DNA from: a virus
Length of the DNA: 64,000 bases
Reading direction: 5' to 3' (one strand)
IMG/VR virus record: IMGVR_UViG_3300042375_000684
The position numbers and the translations under genes are program-made. Of this stretch, positions 55,122 through 63,034 are shown piece after piece. The first letter of the stretch is position 1. Every line of letters starts with the position of its first letter. The notes under the pieces were generated by a model. The model did no database searches. It was not told where the DNA came from and saw only the letters and a list, made by a program, of their open reading frames with translations.

Positions 55122-55690
55122 TATACAGCTTCCTTTACTTTGAACCAATCGGGAATTGGCCGCTTGGTCCAAGCCATTCGGAACCGTTCTTGTTTCGTTT
55201 GATAGAATGCACGATAAGAACCAACAACATCATTTGGATTCATACATTCTGGATTTGATTTCATTGCAAGCGGTTTGTTTGTAAGATATCCAACGGGAAT
55301 ATTCCGAGGAAGTTGCTTCAATCTATCACGGAGAAGTTTATCGGTGGAATGAATTTTACCATACCTATAAGTATATTCATCACAGAGAGCAGTAAAATGA
55401 ATCCAATGCCATGTGTAATTATTATTGGACTTCATGGTCCACACCGTGCAGGGATGATAAATATGCACAGCTTTGTAAAGAACTTGTTCCATATCTGAAT
55501 CAGGATGGATCCATTTCTTTGAAATACGTTTTCCAGAATTTGAAGGCCCAGTAGTTGCAGTACCATCCAGCATTCTATGTGCGGTGGAAAGCATTTGTGC
55601 GCTTTCCACTACCATTTTGCCACCAGCATGCTTGTTACAAAGCAGCTGAGCAGCTTTTACAGGATCTTTATCCAACACAAAGATATTCAT
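55121..55690 (-). CDS. Pyrimidine-dimer DNA glycosylase (DenV-like) family protein
   Basis: MNIF.LD.DP..AA....KH..KM..ESAQMLSTAH, HPCT.W and EYT.RYGK.H. Confidence 0.75.
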   Translation of the reverse strand: MNIFVLDKDPVKAAQLLCNKHAGGKMVVESAQMLSTAHRMLDGTATTGPSNSGKRISKKWIHPDSDMEQVLYKAVHIYHPCTVWTMKSNNNYTWHWIHFTALCDEYTYRYGKIHSTDKLLRDRLKQLPRNIPVGYLTNKPLAMKSNPECMNPNDVVGSYRAFYQTKQERFRMAWTKRPIPDWFKVKEAV

Positions 55691-55845
55691 TTCTTCAGTT
55701 TTCCCAGCAGTTCCAATTCATATTCTTTGGCAAGTTGACTGGCAAGAAAAAGAAGTTCTCCGGAGACTTCGTGAATTGAAAGTTCCTCGTGAAAAATTTT
55801 ATGAACGATTTTTTTTAATTCTTCTGAAATTGTATACTTATCCAT
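55687..55845 (-). CDS. Small hypothetical protein (52 aa)
   Basis: Translated by hand (MDKYTISEELKKIVH...); ATGA overlap with the downstream gene. Confidence 0.5.
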   Translation of the reverse strand: MDKYTISEELKKIVHKIFHEELSIHEVSGELLFLASQLAKEYELELLGKLKK

Positions 55846-55847
55846 GG

Positions 55848-56255
55848 TCAGTCCATCCGCGAGCCAGAGTAAGATTTCAGTCCGTTTGCACGGAGAACCT
55901 CTGCAAATGCACGAGCATAGGTTTCTTTTTTCTGCATGGACTGATTGAACTCCGAGATCCAGAGTTGATAACTTTTCTCGTAATCATTTTTACGGAAACC
56001 GAAGCGTTCGAGGATCTTACGCTCCTCTTTACCGGCACGAGTGTTACCTTTATTGACAGGATACACGTCAACCCAAGCAAATCCACAAACCCCGTCAGCA
56101 ACATAATGCATCGGTTTGGTGCGGTCAATCACATTCGAGAACAGAGAGGTCTCTTGACCGACAATCATCGGGACAACATTGAGTTTTTCAACGGCCGCCA
56201 TACCTGCGGCATTTGCTTTTTTGCAGATCAGTTCGAAAGTTTCGAGGTCAAGCAT
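55848..56255 (-). CDS. Hypothetical early protein
   Basis: GVCGFAWV motif; directly behind a promoter cassette with an AGGA SD. Confidence 0.7.
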   Translation of the reverse strand: MLDLETFELICKKANAAGMAAVEKLNVVPMIVGQETSLFSNVIDRTKPMHYVADGVCGFAWVDVYPVNKGNTRAGKEERKILERFGFRKNDYEKSYQLWISEFNQSMQKKETYARAFAEVLRANGLKSYSGSRMD

Positions 56256-56308
56256 GATAGTTCCTTTGTTACCTTATAGAATCAGTATAAACTAGTTGAA
56301 AACATTTG

Positions 56309-56560
56309 TCAACCAAGAGATACGCGCCGCTTATAAGTTTTCCGTTGATGTTTAGGAGAACTTACATTAGCTTGAGCATTTTGGATTGCATGACGGATGA
56401 TCCGAATTTCAAGATCACTCAATTTATATTCTCTCTTCGCTACTTCGAGCCGAACTGCAAGCGCAGATGCTGCATTTGCAATTATGTCATTTGCATCTTT
56501 CTCTGCAATATTATAAAGAGGAATGAGAATTTTACGAGCTTGGATATCATTGATGCGCAT
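56309..56560 (-). CDS. Hypothetical early protein
   Basis: Single ORF between two cassettes. Confidence 0.65.
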   Translation of the reverse strand: MRINDIQARKILIPLYNIAEKDANDIIANAASALAVRLEVAKREYKLSDLEIRIIRHAIQNAQANVSSPKHQRKTYKRRVSLG

Positions 56561-56624
56561 CAGGTGTCCTTTCAGGTTAACCTTATAGAATCAGTATAAA
56601 CCATTTGAAAGCAAATGTCAACAA

Positions 56625-56936
56625 TTATGTGTGTTCTACAAACTTAATTCCAGCAGCCTCGATTGCACTTCGGCAAACAGGGCAAGGTTTTGCATTCTTC
56701 TCCTCGCCTTCTTTATCAAACCGCATCACGACAATCTTATGTGCACTATCCAGCTTTCTGCAGAGTGCAATTGCGTGAATTTCGGCATGTAGAAATTGCT
56801 TGTCAGGAAGACCGACTTTGCATGCATGATGATTTTGGAGCGGGTGAGTTTTCACATAACTGTTCTTTCCAATCGAAAGAACTTTACCACGTTTATCATA
56901 GATAATGGCAGTAATATCGAATCGGGCTTTAGTCAT
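56625..56936 (-). CDS. Cytidine/dCMP deaminase-like zinc protein
   Basis: HAE...PCPVC motif. Confidence 0.85.
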   Translation of the reverse strand: MTKARFDITAIIYDKRGKVLSIGKNSYVKTHPLQNHHACKVGLPDKQFLHAEIHAIALCRKLDSAHKIVVMRFDKEGEEKNAKPCPVCRSAIEAAGIKFVEHT

Positions 56937-57204
56937 TGATCAGCAGGGCCTTCAGTTGCTTCAGGCCAGGAGTAACACAGTCAAAGCGGAGACCGGCGAC
57001 TTCTTCAGCACAACGGTCAAACCCAACAAAAGCAAAAACAGCAGGTTTGCCGGTTTTCTGAGAAATGACAGTAAAACCGTAATCGGCTGCATCGTCATAA
57101 ACACGCTCTAGTTTGGGATCACCAAGACATGAAAGTTCAGCAACAAACACGTTATTCTTGAACGAAAACTTCGAGGACGAGATCGGAGTGGGGTTCAGTA
57201 GCAT
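56929..57204 (-). CDS. Hypothetical early protein
   Basis: Behind cassette 57217 with an SD. Confidence 0.65.
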   Translation of the reverse strand: MLLNPTPISSSKFSFKNNVFVAELSCLGDPKLERVYDDAADYGFTVISQKTGKPAVFAFVGFDRCAEEVAGLRFDCVTPGLKQLKALLIND

Positions 57205-57257
57205 TGTATTTCCTTTGTTACCTTATAGAATCAGTATAAACTATTCACAGGTTACTG

Positions 57258-57641
57258 TCAACACACAAGTTCGTCAAAGGTTTCCTTCATGTCGTAAGGT
57301 AGACCCAGTTCAAAGCAAATATATGAACCACCATACCACTTGTCATTTTCAGAAAGGTCCATGGATTCGACAAGCCAACGGATCGCAGTCTCACGACTCG
57401 AAGCTCCCATATTCATAAGGAGTTCGATCCGACCTTCGAACCGCTTGACTGCGGCTGCCTGTTCACTCCGCTCACGTGCGGCTTCCCACTCAAGTTCAAC
57501 GAGCAGAGAATCCCATGTAGACTGCTTATCTGCATCGGAAGATGCAGTCCACATTTCCCACCACACAGAATAAGGGCGATAACCGCGAGCATCTTTGTGG
57601 AGATCAGAGACAATGGATTCGTCGAAGGTATATACAGTCAT
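57258..57641 (-). CDS. Hypothetical early protein
   Basis: SDLHKDARGYRP motif; behind cassette 57655. Confidence 0.7.
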   Translation of the reverse strand: MTVYTFDESIVSDLHKDARGYRPYSVWWEMWTASSDADKQSTWDSLLVELEWEAARERSEQAAAVKRFEGRIELLMNMGASSRETAIRWLVESMDLSENDKWYGGSYICFELGLPYDMKETFDELVC

Positions 57642-57695
57642 GATCGGTTCCTTTGTTACCGTATAGAATCAGTATAAACTATTTGAAAACATTTG

Positions 57696-58142
57696 TCAAC
57701 CGTTAAGTTTTGCTTTAATTTCAAGGAAGAACGTGTGGTACTTTGTCATTCGTTCAATGTCCTTAGGTGTCACACCCTTGAGTCGGCGGATATCAGTATT
57801 ATGAGTCAAGTCTGCCATCTTGACAATCATTGCATCTTTGCTCGAGAATACACCTTCTTTGTATTCTTCGTAGGATTGACCACGTTGTTTGGTGAGCAGT
57901 CGGACCGCATCAATGATTCGATCATTCATACCTGCTTCACGCAATTCAATGTATGTGATCCTTGTATCTTCCACAACGTCGTGAAGAAGTGCAACACACT
58001 GAAGTTCTTCTTCAGCACTTTCAAGGAGACCCATTACAGCGAACGGGTGTAGAATGTAAGGATTACCACCTTTGTCGAATTGCCCGTGATGGGCATTTGT
58101 TGCAATGTGGATGGCGGCGGAGAGCATTTCACCACGTTTCAT
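57696..58142 (-). CDS. HD-domain (p)ppGpp hydrolase-like protein (small alarmone hydrolase / Mesh1 type)
   Basis: A..AH.GQ.DKGG.PYILHP..V, ALLHDVVEDT, V.LLTK and VKMADL.HN. Confidence 0.8.
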   Translation of the reverse strand: MKRGEMLSAAIHIATNAHHGQFDKGGNPYILHPFAVMGLLESAEEELQCVALLHDVVEDTRITYIELREAGMNDRIIDAVRLLTKQRGQSYEEYKEGVFSSKDAMIVKMADLTHNTDIRRLKGVTPKDIERMTKYHTFFLEIKAKLNG

Positions 58143-58210
58143 GATTTAGCCTTTCAGTTGAAGTTACCTTATAGAATCAGTATAAACTATACAAAGGATA
58201 ATGTCAACCA

Positions 58211-58414
58211 TTACCACCTCTTTGTGATAACATTGTCACCACAATTTCCACAAGTAAAGCCCTCTGCACCGTCTGGACCATCTGGCCCGCCACCATAGTC
58301 CGTCCCAGACCAAAGTGTTCGGACTTCATTCGGTGTATATTCATTGATAGCACTGCATTTCTGGCATGTTGCTTGTTTTAGTACCTTGGGATTAAATCCA
58401 ACTACTTTTGCCAT
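58211..58414 (-). CDS. Small Zn-ribbon protein
   Basis: CQKC..CGNC, with a duplicated GPD triplet. Confidence 0.65.
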   Translation of the reverse strand: MAKVVGFNPKVLKQATCQKCSAINEYTPNEVRTLWSGTDYGGGPDGPDGAEGFTCGNCGDNVITKRW

Positions 58415-58425
58415 TATTTTATCCT

Positions 58426-58812
58426 TTATGCCATAATATTATCAAGGTTCATTTCAACTTCCTCAAAGCGAGGCCGAGATTGCCGACCTGCAGCATAGAA
58501 CCAAACTGCACCATCAAAAAGATAGAGATAATCAGCTCCAGCGTGATTATAACCACACTTCATGTAGACCTTTACCGAAGCATAAACAACAGGTTTTTCA
58601 TTTTTGTGAACGGAAGATTCAATCGAGGCATTGAGATTTTCATTCAGCGCGGACAAGTAACCTGATTCGGCAACTGCACGAGCCCGATTGGGACTGTTAT
58701 AATTGTCAACGAGTGTGCGCCCGTTACCTTCAAGATAGCCATCATAGTGGCAATATGTTGCGGTCACCGAGCCGTCTTCATTCACAATACCGATCATCGA
58801 GGGAGTACCCAT
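58426..58812 (-). CDS. Hypothetical early protein
   Basis: MGT...IG......YCHYDGY...G..L..NY, a common phage family; behind cassette 58830. Confidence 0.7.
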   Translation of the reverse strand: MGTPSMIGIVNEDGSVTATYCHYDGYLEGNGRTLVDNYNSPNRARAVAESGYLSALNENLNASIESSVHKNEKPVVYASVKVYMKCGYNHAGADYLYLFDGAVWFYAAGRQSRPRFEEVEMNLDNIMA

Positions 58813-58877
58813 AGTATAGTTCCTTTCAAGTTACCTTATAGAATCAGTATAAACTATTTGAAAGCAGTTGTCAACCA

Positions 58878-59048
58878 TTAATCGAAGAAGTTACCTTCAA
58901 TCCACTTAAATTCTTTATGAGTGCAGTGCATCCAAGCACCTGGATGGTTCACTTCCAAATTACGATTGGCCTCGGCCATCGCTTTGAGATGAGTTTCTGC
59001 TTCAGTGACGAATTTCTGGTTGCCGGCGTAGAATATAAAAGTTGTCAT
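58878..59048 (-). CDS. Small hypothetical protein (56 aa)
   Basis: Translated by hand (MTTFIFYAGNQKFVTEAETH...); AGGA SD upstream. Confidence 0.5.
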   Translation of the reverse strand: MTTFIFYAGNQKFVTEAETHLKAMAEANRNLEVNHPGAWMHCTHKEFKWIEGNFFD

Positions 59049-59060
59049 CGTGTTTTCCTA

Positions 59061-59255
59061 TTACCAGTGATGTTGAGCAGCAGCGCCGAGTTGAATTTCA
59101 CGAATCTCAAACGACTCAGAACCGCGCAACTCGGGGTAGTGAGCGGTCTCGAACACTTCTGAAGCGGCAGTCGCAGCATCGGCGGACGAATAGACTCCGA
59201 GGATCATCTCGCCTTCGTAGGCAGTTGAGAGCATAAGTGCATATACAGTCGTCAT
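59061..59255 (-). CDS. Small hypothetical early protein
   Basis: Behind cassette 59272. Confidence 0.6.
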   Translation of the reverse strand: MTTVYALMLSTAYEGEMILGVYSSADAATAASEVFETAHYPELRGSESFEIREIQLGAAAQHHW

Positions 59256-59312
59256 ATCGTGTTCTCTTTCAGTTACCTTATAGAATCAGTATAAACTATT
59301 TGAAAGCATTTG

Positions 59313-59522
59313 TCAACCACAAAGTTTAGCTTCAACTTCTTTAATATGCTTACAACGTTTGAAAGACACGCAATCACAAGTAAAACCATGCGATCCCATG
59401 ATTACCTTGTATGTCTTGTCACCCTTTGACGAAAGGATATTCCAGCACATTCCGATAGCAAAGTGACATTTGGTGGCAATTTCAGTTGACGGCCAAGACT
59501 TCGGACCAGTTTTATATGCCAT
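59313..59522 (-). CDS. SWIM-type zinc-finger protein
   Basis: Y.V......FTCDCVSFKRCKHI (CxC...CxH). Confidence 0.75.
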   Translation of the reverse strand: MAYKTGPKSWPSTEIATKCHFAIGMCWNILSSKGDKTYKVIMGSHGFTCDCVSFKRCKHIKEVEAKLCG

Positions 59523-59542
59523 AGTAAAACCTCAGTTAACTA

Positions 59543-59896
59543 TCAGATACCAAGAACTTCTCGTTCTTCAACTGTTAGTTTTGAAATAGCTGATGCTTTG
59601 AGTTCTGCTTTGCGGTGTAGTGCAGCTTCTAGCTTTAGTCGAGTTTCATCTGCAGCTTTATGCTTTTTCCACCATGTTTCGACCTTTTTTCGTGTAACTC
59701 CAGCTTCTTTCCAATCGACATTAGAAAGCCAGAGTGGCAACATGTCACTGATTTGGTCTTTACCTTCAAGTGCGGTGAATAGACCGCACAGAACTGCTTC
59801 AAAATCAGAAAGTTCCATTCCATGACGATTTTCACGAGGAGTGGTAAGATTACGAGTACGAGTATCAGTCGGACCCCAGCCGTCTCTGCAAGGCAT
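59543..59896 (-). CDS. Hypothetical early protein
   Basis: MPCRD start, LCG motif and WW..HK.AD. Confidence 0.65.
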   Translation of the reverse strand: MPCRDGWGPTDTRTRNLTTPRENRHGMELSDFEAVLCGLFTALEGKDQISDMLPLWLSNVDWKEAGVTRKKVETWWKKHKAADETRLKLEAALHRKAELKASAISKLTVEEREVLGI

Positions 59897-59942
59897 TTGA
59901 TTTCTCCTTTATTGGTTACCTTATAGAATCAGTATAAATTAT

Positions 59943-60305
59943 TTAAGCTGCAAACATGAATTTTGCCATGTCTTCGGCACACTTGTAGCGCTTGCCGTCA
60001 GCAGCTTTGAGATATATGAAAGGCATTTTGTGTGCACGAGTGTTATAACCAACAAGTTCATCACCTTTGGTATTTTTCAGTTTCAAACCTTTGAGTTTAA
60101 TCATGGTTTCAAGCATCGAATCGGCTCGAGTCTTAGCACCGAGAACTTTAGCGGTCACTTTAATCTCAACTTCAGCTTCGGTGAACTTCATATTGCCGAC
60201 AGCAATTTCAAGATTTGAGTCGATACCATATTTGCTCAGGAGTGTGGACATCTCAGCGCGAAGGTTGTTGAGGTTTTTGCGGTCGAATTTTGCGAACTTG
60301 GTCAT
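59943..60305 (-). CDS. Hypothetical early protein
   Basis: Behind cassette 60321. Confidence 0.65.
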   Translation of the reverse strand: MTKFAKFDRKNLNNLRAEMSTLLSKYGIDSNLEIAVGNMKFTEAEVEIKVTAKVLGAKTRADSMLETMIKLKGLKLKNTKGDELVGYNTRAHKMPFIYLKAADGKRYKCAEDMAKFMFAA

Positions 60306-60368
60306 TTTGATTCTCTCTGTGTTACCTTATAGAATCAGTATAAACTATTTGTAAGCAAATGTCAACAA

Positions 60369-61025
60369 TCAGAGTGAAACTTTTTCACGAAGTTCGATAA
60401 ATTTTGGTAACCAGTCACGTGCTTTCTCCACAAAGATCTGAGCAGGTGCATCATCTACTGTCATAACAATGACAATGTTCTTTGGCAGAATACCAAGCCG
60501 CTCATAGACCATATAAGAATAACATGACGCTTGCATAAAGTATCCATGGATCGAGTCTCGGTCTTTTGCTCGTTTGGATGTTTTGAAGTCGATAATTGCA
60601 TACTCACCATCCCATTTTGCAAGACAATCAACCCGTCCTGCAACTCTTAATTTGTCAGAATACAGTGGAAGTTCTAATCCACCGACAATTGTAATGTGCT
60701 TATCTAGATATGGCTTGATGTAATTAAAGCTTGCAATATTTGCAGGCATGTGACCTTTCTTGTAGTCAGGCCGATTCTTTAGGTAATGTTCCGCAATTTC
60801 ATGGACTGCAGTCCCTCGGCGGGATGCTTGACCTGAAACTTTGGCTACTTGTTCTTCACCAACTCTGGCTTTCCAATCTTCCATCCACGATTTATCAGAA
60901 CCAGCACCTAAAATTGTAGTTACGGATGGATACTTATTTCCTTCAGGTGTTGTGTAGAAACGGCCATTTTCAGTTGTTTCTGCACTCAATTCTGGTAATT
61001 CAATACCAGACATATGTTCAAACAT
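60369..61025 (-). CDS. PD-(D/E)xK (Cas4-like) exonuclease
   Basis: GRFY.TP.G..YPSVTTIL, RGTAVH, E..LYS..L.VAGRVDC, IIDFKTS and QAS.Y. Confidence 0.88.
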   Translation of the reverse strand: MFEHMSGIELPELSAETTENGRFYTTPEGNKYPSVTTILGAGSDKSWMEDWKARVGEEQVAKVSGQASRRGTAVHEIAEHYLKNRPDYKKGHMPANIASFNYIKPYLDKHITIVGGLELPLYSDKLRVAGRVDCLAKWDGEYAIIDFKTSKRAKDRDSIHGYFMQASCYSYMVYERLGILPKNIVIVMTVDDAPAQIFVEKARDWLPKFIELREKVSL

Positions 61026-61026
61026 G

Positions 61027-61506
61027 TTATTCCTCTATGTCTTCAATTATCAATTTATCATATTTTGGTTTGAAGTCGGGTAGTTCTATATCACTTACAT
61101 CTCTTTGTTCTTTTGCATATGAAAGTGAAATATGTGGCTGATATGAAGGCCACTTATCTTCCAAACCGAGACTTTCATACTGTTCTCTTAGATCTTTGAT
61201 ACCGCCTGAAAGTTCTATTGAAAATACTGGAATATCTTTATCATCACCAAGAAACTTGATCCCAGTGATTATGACTTCAGTTGGAGTAATATTCTGTTCT
61301 TTATTACGAATGTTACTCTCATTAGTACTATAAAACACTGTCGTGTGAAAGTCAAACTCTTTCGGGTCTTGTTTATCACCATTGTATTTGGCAGATAGAT
61401 CAAATCTATTCTTTGTTGCCCAGTCTCTTAATTTATCTTGTGACTCTTTATCATATTGAACAGAAACGTATTTCCGTTTTGCCATAAATTCTTTTAATGT
61501 TTTCAT
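61027..61506 (-). CDS. acb1: 2H phosphoesterase, anti-CBASS nuclease Acb1 (T4 gp57B) homologue
   Basis: Two HxT/S motifs, FHTTVFYS and YQPHISLSY, match T4 57B IHSTICYS and YTPHITLSY. The N-terminus LKEF...YVSVQY is also similar. Confidence 0.82.
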   Translation of the reverse strand: MKTLKEFMAKRKYVSVQYDKESQDKLRDWATKNRFDLSAKYNGDKQDPKEFDFHTTVFYSTNESNIRNKEQNITPTEVIITGIKFLGDDKDIPVFSIELSGGIKDLREQYESLGLEDKWPSYQPHISLSYAKEQRDVSDIELPDFKPKYDKLIIEDIEE

Positions 61507-61899
61507 TTATACCGCCACACTTGGTCCGCCAATAAACACCTTTGATGATCCAGTACTTATTGTATGGTCAAAAGATGTTCCTGTATTAAATTTACTTCCT
61601 ATACGAACTGCTTTCTTTCCACCTATTGATACTTTACCAGCACATAGTGAAGTAGTGGGTGCATGAAATACTGGAGCAGGTACACAGGGTAAGCCATCAG
61701 GGTGTGAAGCCATAGCATCACCTTCTACCGCGACTAATTTGCCCTGTACAAATACTTTTGAATTGCTAGTTGATGCTGTTACTTGTGTACTTGAGACACT
61801 CCACGTCCAATATGGAGGTGGAGCACACTGAGGACCTTTAGTCCCATCAGTACAAGCTATTTGACTCTCACCGAGAGCAAATGCGAAAGATTCTCCCAT
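61507..61899 (-). CDS. PAAR-domain tail spike tip protein (gp5.4-like)
   Basis: KVFVQGKLVAVEGD....H, H, KVSIGGKKAVRIG and GSSKVFIG. Confidence 0.85.
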   Translation of the reverse strand: MGESFAFALGESQIACTDGTKGPQCAPPPYWTWSVSSTQVTASTSNSKVFVQGKLVAVEGDAMASHPDGLPCVPAPVFHAPTTSLCAGKVSIGGKKAVRIGSKFNTGTSFDHTISTGSSKVFIGGPSVAV

Positions 61900-61906
61900 A
61901 TGTTAA

Positions 61907-61936
61907 TTGGAGAGGCTTTCACCTCTCCAACTCCTT
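61907..61936 (-). promoter_or_regulatory. Hairpin between SD and start codon of the PAAR gene
   Basis: Minus strand: AAGGAG-TTGGAGAGG-TGAAAG-CCTCTCCAA-TTAACAT-ATG. Confidence 0.6.
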
Positions 61937-61943
61937 CTTTAAA

Positions 61944-62687
61944 TTACGCTGCTTCTAGTTGTTCTTCGGCAATAATAAATTCTTTTACTAGTCCACTTCT
62001 AACAATATCATCTACAGTAAATTCAATTGTTTCGAAGCAATCTGTGCTCATTTTGTCAATAACTTTTTTAAAGTGTCTTAGACCTGAAACATCTAGTCTA
62101 TTTTTTGATGTTGCAAGATCATCCTGTTTCGTGTCACCGCAAAGAATAATTCTGGAACTTTCTCCGACTCTCGTCATAATTGTTCTAAGTTCATCCCATC
62201 TCATATTTTGGCATTCATCAACAATAATAAGAGCATTGTCAAATGTCAAACCCCTAATAAAGGATGTACTCATAAATCGAATCATATTTTTCTGCTTCAT
62301 GATTTGATATGCATCACCTCGTTCAAACAGATCATTTACAATATCAACATATGGTGCTTCAAAATACGACATCTTTTCCTGTGCACCACCCGGCATGTGA
62401 CCTTGTTCACGTGATTGAACAGATGATCTAACGACTATAATCTCCTTGTATTGTTTTTTTGCCATAACGTCTTTAAGTGCCAAATAGAGAGAAATGTAAG
62501 TTTTTCCGGTACCTGCCGAACCTACTGCCAAAATATTCTTGCCATTATTATATGCATCAAATAATTTTGTTTGCGTATCTGTAATAGGTTCAATCCGTTT
62601 CATGCCAAATTTTGTATCTATCAGATAATCAGTTTCTCTAACGACTTGGGTTCTTTTTGTTTTTGTCAGACGTTTTCTAGTTGACAT
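61944..62687 (-). CDS. phoH: PhoH-family ATPase
   Basis: GSAGTGKT, RSSVQSRE.G..PG, RGLTFDNA.IIVDECQN, GD..Q.D and IVRSGLVK. Confidence 0.95.
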   Translation of the reverse strand: MSTRKRLTKTKRTQVVRETDYLIDTKFGMKRIEPITDTQTKLFDAYNNGKNILAVGSAGTGKTYISLYLALKDVMAKKQYKEIIVVRSSVQSREQGHMPGGAQEKMSYFEAPYVDIVNDLFERGDAYQIMKQKNMIRFMSTSFIRGLTFDNALIIVDECQNMRWDELRTIMTRVGESSRIILCGDTKQDDLATSKNRLDVSGLRHFKKVIDKMSTDCFETIEFTVDDIVRSGLVKEFIIAEEQLEAA

Positions 62688-62717
62688 GTAAACTCCTGTT
62701 ATTGATTAAGAGTAAAT

Positions 62718-62954
62718 TTAAAACGTATTGATACTATCCTTCTTATGATGGTGTCTTACGTTCCTTAGAACATCACGAAAACCGTCGTCGGGCTTTCTTA
62801 TCCCAAGACGGACCGGGTCACCGAATCCCGGAAACTTATTAAAAATTTGTGTGATATGAGAATTGTCTTCTAAATAACCCGCAAGTTCTGAGTATTTCAG
62901 AACTACTTCAAACTCTTCTTGAGTGTTGTCATTTCGCATAGAGTAGATTGGCAT
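62718..62954 (-). CDS. FmdB-like small protein (Cys-less zinc-ribbon type)
   Basis: MPIY..R...T.EEFE and KPDDGFRDVL; a usual neighbour of phoH in T4-like phages. Confidence 0.6.
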   Translation of the reverse strand: MPIYSMRNDNTQEEFEVVLKYSELAGYLEDNSHITQIFNKFPGFGDPVRLGIRKPDDGFRDVLRNVRHHHKKDSINTF

Positions 62955-62966
62955 TTAGTCTCCTAT

Positions 62967-62999
62967 AAAAAAATGGGGTCGGCTTTGTAGACCGACCCC
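62967..62999 (-). terminator. Rho-independent terminator / possible attenuator
   Basis: Minus strand: GGGGTCGG-N9-CCGACCCC-A-T7. Confidence 0.8.
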
Positions 63000-63034
63000 G
63001 TATCAAAATATCATTATTCCTACGATCTACAAGT

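Larger units (their letters stand above)
56268..60366 (-). repeat. Nine near-identical early-promoter cassettes: 56268-56314, 56576-56622, 57217-57262, 57655-57701, 58163-58209, 58830-58876, 59272-59318, 59915-59938 (no -35), 60321-60366
   Basis: The plus-strand core CCTTATAGAATCAGTATAAA is identical in 8 of 9 copies (1 mismatch in the ninth). The minus strand reads TTGACA-N17-TATACT-GATTCTATAAGGTAAC, then an SD. Confidence 0.93.

Noticed and set aside
56268-56314. CtrA (TTAA-N7-TTAA) or alphaproteobacterial LexA (GTTC-N7-GTTC) box in the cassette
   Set aside because: Neither consensus is matched; the symmetry present is TTATA-N7-TATAA.
56268-60366. CRISPR array reading of the repeats, with the adjacent Cas4-like exonuclease as an adaptation gene
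   Set aside because: The spacers are 300-670 bp and contain whole genes, and the repeats are sigma70 promoters. The Cas4-like exonuclease is a routine phoH neighbour in T4-like phages, and no cas1/cas2 is present.
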